Part shown: piece by piece, positions 57,780 through 64,000 of the stretch | Layout of the letters: each line of letters starts with the position of its first letter | How positions within the stretch are numbered: position 1 is the first letter of the stretch | NCBI GenBank assembly: GCA_965217935.1 | Contig: OZ244581.1 | Span: 3,257,970-3,321,969 of the forward strand | Reading direction: 5' to 3' | Source: Acetobacteraceae bacterium | GTDB taxonomy: Bacteria; Pseudomonadota; Alphaproteobacteria; Acetobacterales; Acetobacteraceae | DNA: 64,000 nucleotides | Position numbers and translations under genes: made by a program | Notes under the pieces: generated by a model | Told to the model about the DNA's origin: nothing | Database searches by the model: none | Seen by the model: the letters and a program-made list of their open reading frames with translations, nothing else

Positions 57780-58683
57780 GAGCCTGTTTGATCACGCGGT
57801 GATGTATTCGTGGCGGTGATAGGCCCGTAGCAGGCGATGGCAGTTGGCGATGGCCACGGCGTCCTCAGCGGCAGCCGGGCTTTGCTCCAGGTTTGCGGGT
57901 GAGGCGGTGCCAGCGGTTACTCAGCATGCCAAACGTGGCCTCGATGCGCCAGCGGCTGGAAGCCTTTCGCATCCGCGTCGCGGATCGTGACCTGCACGTC
58001 CACGATGTGGTTCTGGGTGGCTTGCGACATGCGCGGCCCTATGTAGATGCCATCCACCTTGACACGCTCGACGGCCCAGCCGTTCCCAGCCGCAAGCGCC
58101 AGCAGCGCAGCCACTGACTGCGTGCCGTGCGCGTTGGCGGGACCGTGACCAGGATCGCCAGCACGAAGCCCAGCGAGCACGTGAGCACATGGCGCTTGAT
58201 GCCGCGCACCGTCTTGTTGCCGCCCACGTCGCGCGGTCCCGCCTGCGGACCCGAAGGCACGCGTTGGCTGTCGAGGATAGCTGTCGCCGGTTCCGGGTTC
58301 CGGCCCTGCTTGGCACGCACCGCCCGCGGGAGCAGGGCGGCGATGTCGGACCAGATCGCGTCGGTTCGGAAACGGTCGTGTCAAGTTCGCACGGTTTGCC
58401 AAGTTCGCACGGTTTGCCAGGGGCCAAACTCCTTGGGCAGAAAGCGCCACGGGCAACCCGCCTTCTCCAGATACAGACAAGCATTGATCATCTCGCGCAG
58501 ATCTGCCGTCAGCGTGGCATAACCGCGCAGAACCGGCTCAATTGTCTGCCATTCTGCATCCGTCAAGTCACTCGGGTCGCGCCGACCGTCATCCTTGTAT
58601 CGCGCCCGCGCTTCGTCAGTCCACATTGCGCGCCTCTATGTCAATGGATGACGCGCGACTGGCTCAAATCGTCAAACAGGCCC
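57780..58683 (-). mobile_element. degraded IS5-family (IS427-group-like) element
   Basis: Terminal inverted repeat gcctgtttga / tcaaacaggc. OrfA-like 'DLTDAEWQTIEPVL...LPKEFGPWQTV'. DDE pieces sit in three frames ('AILDSQRV...KTVRGIKRHVL', 'VKVDGIY', 'IEATFGMLSNRWHRLTR'). Confidence 0.7.
58382..58417. repeat. perfect 18-bp tandem duplication inside the IS5-like orfA
   Basis: caagttcgcacggtttgc occurs twice (58382-58399 and 58400-58417), which doubles 'WQTVRT'. Confidence 0.9.
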
Positions 58684-58686
58684 TAA

Positions 58687-60133
58687 CATTACAGTTGCAT
58701 TCTCTGTGGAGTTCTTAATCGATGGGCAACCATGATTCGCAGGGTCGTGGATGTCTCTGGCATCGATCGAGACGACGTTGGAGTTCTGGGCGCCTGGGCA
58801 TTGCGATGTAAAGCCGCGGATGCGCGGGCTGTTCACGCAGGAGCGGGTCGCGGTCTCGGGTGGGCTGTTCCTGGACGGGTTGCTGGGCGAGGAGCGGCGC
58901 AAGACCGGCTGGATGCGCGCCGAGGCGGCGGGCGATCCGGGGCCGTGGCGGCAGCAGGCGGTGCTGGGGCGAGGCCGGTGGAATGCGGACGCGCTGCGCG
59001 ACATCGTGCGGGACGACGCGCTCGAGACGCTGGCTGACCCGGATGCGGCGCTGGTGATCGACGAGGCCGGGTTCCTCAAGCAGGGGCGGGCCTCCTGCGG
59101 GGCGGGTCGGCAATGCACCGGGTCTGCCGGCAAGATCGCCAACTGCCAGATCGGGGTGTTCGCGGCCTACGTTTCGCGCCATAGCCACGCCTTCATCGAC
59201 CGCGCGCTGTATCTGCCCAAGAGTTGGACCGGCGACCCGGCCCGCATGGCCGCCGCCCACGTCCCTCCCGCGACCGGCTTTGCGACCAAGCCCCAGCTGG
59301 CCACGGCGATGATCGAGCGGGCACTGGCGGCCGGCGTGCCGTTCGCGTGGGCGGCGGCCGATGCGGTCTATGGCGTCGGCGCCGTCGAGCAGCGATTGCG
59401 CCGGGCCGGCAAGGGTTACGTGCTGGGTGTCGCCTCGGCGCACCGGTTCAACTCGTGGGGCAAGCCGCGGCGGGTCGCGGGCGCCGCGGCCATGATCGCG
59501 GGCGCCGTCCCGGCCGAGGCGTGGCAGCGCTTGTCAGCCGGGGCGGGAACAAAGGGGCCGCGGCTGCACGACTGGCGCTGCATCGAACTCGCCGACCTCA
59601 AGGCCGACCGCCCGAAGGCACACGATGCCGCCCCCGCGACGCTCTGGGCCCGGGGCCTGCTGATCCGGCGCCGCATCGCCGGCGGCGACCTGGCGTTCTT
59701 GTCGACCTGGCGCCCGGCGGAAACAGGGATCGCCGCCCTGGTCAGCGTCGAGGGGCATCGCTGGTCGATCGAGGACAGCTTCGAGACCGCCAAGACCGAA
59801 CTCGGCCTCGACTACAACGCCGGTTCAGCGAAGCTGGGAGGCGGCCCTGGCACGGCTGGCGCCGGCACGTCTGCCTGGTCATGCTGGCCTTCGCAAGGCT
59901 GGCGGCAATCCGGCGCCAGGCCAATGCAGCACTCCCAAAAAAATGGACGCCGCCCAGACGCAATCGCCACCAAGCCTGATCCGCTGGTCGCTGCAGGAAA
60001 TCCGCCAGATCGCAAACCGCCCGGCGCAGAGGCGGATCCAGCCGGCCCACGTCATCGCATGGTCACTCTGGCGCAGGGCGCATCAAGCGATCGCACAACG
60101 CTCGCATCTATAGGAAGAAATGCAACTGTAATG
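58687..60133 (+). mobile_element. IS701-family-like element, copy 1 (transposase broken by two frame changes)
   Basis: 15-bp terminal IR cattacagttgcatt / aatgcaactgtaatg. Transposase 'LVIDEAGFLKQG...RQCTGSAGKI...YLPKSW...GHRWSIEDSFETAKTELGLD'. 'WHGWRRHVCLVMLAFA' lies in frame -1 and the tail 'IRWSLQEIRQI...WSLWRRAHQ' in frame -2. Confidence 0.75.
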
Positions 60134-60249
60134 CTAGCTATCAGGTTGCGGAACATTGTTGGGACCCGGTCGGATTGGCTATTATGGAGCATGCCTACCG
60201 GTTTCAGCGTCTAACGACCGTTTCAGGACAAGGGGGACCCACGCTGCGC

Positions 60250-61270
60250 ATGCACCCGAATGCCCGCACCACCCCTGCTGCCCGCGCCGAAATCGCGCGC
60301 TCGACGGAACCCAGCGGCGCAGTCGCCAAGCGCTATGGCGTCAGCGCCGAAACCGTGCGCAAGTGGCGCGCGAGGCGCCGATGACTGCCTCGACCGCTCT
60401 GCACGCCCGCACAACCTGCCCTGGAAGGCGAGTGAGGAGGAGCGCGCCATCGCCTGCACCCTCCGGCGCGCAACCAGCGTCCCGCTCGACGACCTCACCG
60501 TCGTTGTCTGCCACGTCCTGCCGCACCTCAACCGCGACAGCGTCTGGCGCATCCTCAAGGCCGAGGGCCTGAACCACCGGCCGAAACCTTTCTCCGAACG
60601 CCCCGCCAAAGGCCAGGGCGCCTTCCGCGACGACGACCTCGGCGTCGTGCGCATCGACATCAAGCGCCTCCCTCCGCAGCCTTTCCAACCGCCATGCGGC
60701 TGGAACCTTGGGCTGCTCCGCCCAAACTGCAAAGCAGCGACGGCGAGCGGCGCAAGCGCTTCCTGTCTGTCGCCATCGACCGCTGCTCGCGCTCTGTCCA
60801 CCTCGCGGTCAAAGACAACGAAACCGAGCAAAGCGCCATCGCCGTCCTGCGCGAGGCTGCTGCTGCCTTCCCATTCCAACTCACCCATGTGCTGACCGGC
60901 AACGGCAGCGGCTCTCACGCCAGCCTTCGCCAAAGCCTGCGCCGACCTGGGCGCGCAGTATCGGCACACTCGCCCCCGCGCGCCCCAGACCAACGGCATG
61001 GTCGAGCGCTTCAACGGCCGGGTCAGCAGCGAAGCGCTCGGCATCAACATCTGCTCGCACCGCGCCCTGGAACAGCTGCTGCGCGGCTTCAACACGGCCT
61101 ACAACGCCCGCCGCCAGCGCGTGCTGGACGGCAGGACGCCAAACCAGGCCGTCGCTGAGCGCCTTAAAGCCAAGTCCGAACTCGCCAACCCGGCGCCGCA
61201 CGGACGCGCAGGCCCCTGCGACGCCACCAAAGCGCGCCTTATCGCAGACGCTGCCAAGGAGGCTTCACAA
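60250..61270 (+). pseudogene. IS481-family transposase gene with at least three frameshifts
   Basis: 'MHPNARTTPAARAEIARS...VSAETVRKW', 'DRSARPHNLPWKAS', 'RKRFLSVAIDRCSRSVHLAV...LTGNGS' and 'RPRAPQTNGMVERFNG' alternate between two frames. Confidence 0.7.
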
Positions 61271-61275
61271 CCGGA

Positions 61276-61392
61276 CATGCGGGAGGTTGCGCACCGTCTG
61301 GGGCGGGCGGCGTCCGCGATCTCGCGCGAGCGGCGTCGCAATGCGGCCGCGCGGGGTGGCGGGCTGGAGTATCGGGCCACCACGGCGCTCTA
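61276..61392 (+). pseudogene. IS30-family transposase N-terminal HTH fragment
   Basis: 'MREVAHRLGRAASAISRERRRN...YRATTA' resembles the IS30 'REIARRLGRSPSTISRELRRN' motif. Cut off by IS701-like copy 2. Confidence 0.4.
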
Positions 61393-62783
61393 GTACTACA
61401 GCCGTAGTTGAGCGTTGTGTCTGTCCGGAGGCGGGTGGAATGACGACGAAACGGGATGTTTGCGGGTGGGCTGCGGGTTTGGATGAGGTTGCTGGGCGGA
61501 TTGCGCCGCGCTTCGGGCGTGCCGAGCCGCGGCGTCGGGCAGGCGCTTATCTGCGCGGGCTGCTGGCTCCGGTTGAGCGCAAGAACGGCTGGCAGTTGGC
61601 CGAGGTGGCTGGCGACGCGACGCCGGACGGGGTGCAGGAGTTCCTGAGCCGCGCGCGCTGGGACGCGGAGGCGGTGCGCGACGACCTGCAAGCCTACGTG
61701 GCGGAGCGCCTGGCCGACCCTGGAGCGGTGCTGGTTCTGGACGAGACCGGCTTCCTGAAGAAAGGGACGAAGTCGGCTGGCGTCCAGCGGCAGTATACGG
61801 GAACCGCGGGCCGCATCGAGACCGCGCAAGTGGGCGTGTTCCTGGGCGACGCAGGGCGGCACGGCCGCGCCCTGATTGACCGAGCGCTTTACGTGCCCAA
61901 GGAGTGGGCCGGGGACGACGCGCGGTGCCGCGAGGCGCGCATCCCGGCTGACGTGGAGCGTGTGACCAAGCCCAAGCAGGGCCTGGCGATGCTGGAACAC
62001 GCCCGCGTGGCAGGCGTGCCCTTCTCCTGGGTCGCTGGCGACAGCGTGTATGGGGCGGACAGCGCCATCCGCCGGTGGGCGGAGCGGCGCCGGCGCGGCT
62101 ACGTGCTGGCGGTCACGTCTGGCCAGCGCCTGGCCATGCGCCCGGTCACGACCTGGATCGAGGGGCTGCCGGACGCGGCGTGGCAGCGACTCAGCGCAGG
62201 CGACGGCGCCAAGGGACCGCGGCTATACGACTGGGCGCACCTGCCTTACAACGGCGGGGCGCCGGGCTTTGCCTGTGCGCTCCTGGTCCGGCGCAGCATT
62301 GCTGATCCCGAGGAGGTCACGTTCTACCTGACCCATGCGCCCCAGGACACCGCGCTGGCCGAACTGGTGCGCGTCGCGGGCACGCGCTGGTCCATTGAGA
62401 GCCTGTTCGAGCAGGCCAAGGGCGAAGTCGGCCTGGACCAGTATGCCGGTTCAGCGAAGCTGGGAGGCGCTCCTGGGTCGGGTGGCGCCGCCACGTCACC
62501 TTGTCCATGCTGGCCCTGGCCTACCTCGCCGTGGTCCGCCGCAGCGCCGAACAGGGCGCTGCCGGGGGGTGCGGACCCGGCAAGCCTCCAAGCGGACCTG
62601 TTGCCGCTCACAGTTCCAGAGATCCGGCGGCTCATCTCAGCCATCGTGCTCAAGCAACCATCCAGGCCCGATGCCGCCCTGCGGTGGTCAACCTGGCGCA
62701 GGCGCCACCAGCAGCGATCCAAGCGCGCCCACTGGCGTAAACGAACACGGGGACATTCAGTTGAAACCCGGCTGTAGTACTAG
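61390..62783 (+). mobile_element. IS701-family-like element, copy 2
   Basis: 15-bp perfect terminal IR ctagtactacagccg / cggctgtagtactag (the exact ends are ambiguous within a CTAG). ORF from the ATG at 61440 to 62777. 'LVLDETGFLKKG...RQYTGTAGRI...YVPKEW...GTRWSIESLFEQAKGEVGLD'. The 'WVGWRRHVTLSMLALAYL' motif lies in frame -1. Confidence 0.75.
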
Positions 62784-62791
62784 AGCGGTTT

Positions 62792-63430
62792 TCATTTAAG
62801 TCCGGCGAGCACGTATCCTGAGTGCATGAAGTAGCCGCGTGCGTCCTGGGGCGTGATGGCGGCGAGTGCTGGTCCGAGCGCCTTGTGCAGGGCGTCTGCT
62901 GTGCGTGCGGCGGCTTGGCGCAGCTTGCCTTTCAGCTTGGCCCAGCCTGGCTCAATGGGGTTCAGGTCTGGGCTGTAGGGAGGCAGGTAACGGCAGGCAA
63001 ACCCCGAGGCGTCCAGCGCCGCCCGCACCGCGGGCGTTTTGTGCGCGGCCAGGGTGTCCATCACCAGCACGGCGTCAGGCCGCACTTGGCGCAGCTTAGG
63101 CAGCAGCGCCTTGTCGAGAAAGGCCGTGAACACGGCGGCGTCGGTTGCGGCCTCGACCGACATGGCGGCCACGATGCCGTTTACGCCAAGCGCGCCTAGC
63201 ACGGTCACGCGCTTCCAGCGGCCCGCGGGTGCTGTGCCCAGAGCGCGTTGCCCGCGCGGGGCGCGGCCATGCAGGCAGGCCATGTTGGTCAGCGCGCCGC
63301 ACTCGTCCAGGAACACCAGCCGCTCCGGCGCGATCCCTTCCACCCCGGCCTGCGCGTCCGTGCGCCAGGCGGCCCGGGCGCGTGCCACGTCGTCACGGTC
63401 CTGCTCGGCCGCGCGCAGCGTGCGCTTTTT
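62792..63430 (-). CDS. IS630 transposase DDE ORF (+1 frame relative to the HTH ORF)
   Basis: 'LVFLDECG', 'VLVMDTLAAHK', 'LPPYSPDLNPIEPGWAKLK'. The frame is readable from the A6 run ('KKRTLRAAEQDRDDV...'). Confidence 0.7.
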   Translation of the reverse strand, partial: KKRTLRAAEQDRDDVARARAAWRTDAQAGVEGIAPERLVFLDECGALTNMACLHGRAPRGQRALGTAPAGRWKRVTVLGALGVNGIVAAMSVEAATDAAVFTAFLDKALLPKLRQVRPDAVLVMDTLAAHKTPAVRAALDASGFACRYLPPYSPDLNPIEPGWAKLKGKLRQAAARTADALHKALGPALAAITPQDARGYFMHSGYVLAGLK

Positions 63431-63797
63431 TCCAGCTCCACCTCATGCGCGCCAGCGCCCGGCGCACGGTGGACACGTGAACCAGCACCTTGGCCTCCTC
63501 GGCCAAGCGGTCCCGGCACTGCGCCAAGGTCAGGTGGTTGGCGCCTTCCAGCACCCGCCGCAGCGCCGCCTCTGCCTTGCCTGCAATCACCGGCTTGCGG
63601 TGGCCGCCCATCTTGCCCGCCACGCGCCGCCCGTCCCGCCGAAGCGCCCGCGCCCAGTCCTGCACCGTCGAGCGGCCCACCGCGATCCGCCGGGCCACAG
63701 CCGACATCGCTTCTCCCGCCTCAACCGCCGCCAAAACCCGCTCCCGCAAGTCCGCCGAATACGCACCAGCCAGCAAAGCCATCCCAAAACCAGGCAT
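63393..63797 (-). CDS. IS630 transposase N-terminal (HTH) ORF
   Basis: 'YSADLRERVLAAVEAGEAMSAVARRIAVGRSTVQDW'. Ends shortly after an A6 run. Confidence 0.7.
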   Translation of the reverse strand: MPGFGMALLAGAYSADLRERVLAAVEAGEAMSAVARRIAVGRSTVQDWARALRRDGRRVAGKMGGHRKPVIAGKAEAALRRVLEGANHLTLAQCRDRLAEEAKVLVHVSTVRRALARMRWSWKKAHAARGRAGP

Positions 63798-63850
63798 ATG
63801 GGAACAAATCGCCGGACCTCAACGCAAATCGCTCTAGTGCCCTGAATCGC

Positions 63851-64000
63851 TTATAATGCCGGGTATAAGCGCTTGAGCTTAATGCGTGCGTCGGCGGTGG
63901 TGAATTGCCAATCGGCCTTGGTGTGGTTCTTGTTGCGGCTATCTTGCCATGCGGCGACCTCGTCGATCAGGGTCTGCTTTTGGGGAATGCGCCGGCCGAG
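63851..64000 (-). CDS. partial transposase C-terminus (IS630-like DDE-endonuclease type), continues beyond the window
   Basis: 'LGRRIPQKQTLIDEVAAWQDSRNKNHTKADWQFTTADARIKLKRLYPAL*', a tail typical of a common alphaproteobacterial transposase class as I recall it. Confidence 0.5.
   Translation of the reverse strand, partial: LGRRIPQKQTLIDEVAAWQDSRNKNHTKADWQFTTADARIKLKRLYPAL

Larger units (their letters stand above)
62783..63834 (-). mobile_element. IS630-family element flanked by TA
   Basis: Imperfect 23-bp terminal IRs (gagcggttttcatttaagtccgg vs gagcgatttgcgttgaggtccgg, 17/23). TA on both sides (62781-82, 63835-36). Two transposase ORFs. Confidence 0.75.

Noticed and set aside
60708-61439. 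N-terminal 244 aa of the 689-aa ORF 60708-62777
   Set aside because: This is a read-through across the IS481-like pseudogene and the IS30 fragment, in a frame without motifs. The IS701-like transposase begins at the ATG at 61440, inside the element's left IR boundary.

Overview
High-GC (about 70% by eye) chromosomal segment, alphaproteobacterial in gene content and synteny. Core genes recognised: ivd, pyrF, purH, secG-pyrG-kdsA, tRNA-Thr(UGU) and a DegP/HtrA protease. Around them lie transport and catabolic operons: a NitT/TauT-type ABC system plus a class-III aminotransferase, TctABC/Bug transporters, two molybdo-hydroxylase loci, tandem 2-hydroxyacid dehydrogenases, and a GAF-PAS-GGDEF-EAL protein. 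Three accessory blocks stand out. (1) An AT-rich islet of about 2.2 kb (about 7250-9425) lies between pyrF and the purH side. It carries a translationally overlapping DarG-like macrodomain gene followed by a DarT-like (DUF4433) ADP-ribosyltransferase gene. The order is reversed relative to canonical darT-darG, the DarT-like protein is extended, and both flanking host genes look damaged. (2) A lower-GC block (about 51236-57707) encodes a cytoplasmic GH2-like protein, then a tightly coupled operon: carrier protein, acyl-CoA-dehydrogenase-like flavoprotein, aminoacyl-tRNA-synthetase-like amino acid:[carrier protein] ligase, DUF1839-like protein and an OmpA-type lipoprotein. As far as I know the end product of this type of pathway is unknown. 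(3) An IS graveyard (57780-64000) holds a degraded IS5-like element, two diverged IS701-like copies, a frameshifted IS481-like gene, an IS30 fragment, an IS630 element and a further partial transposase. No rRNA genes or CRISPR arrays were seen. Many long ORFs in the supplied track are GC-driven shadow ORFs and were not called.
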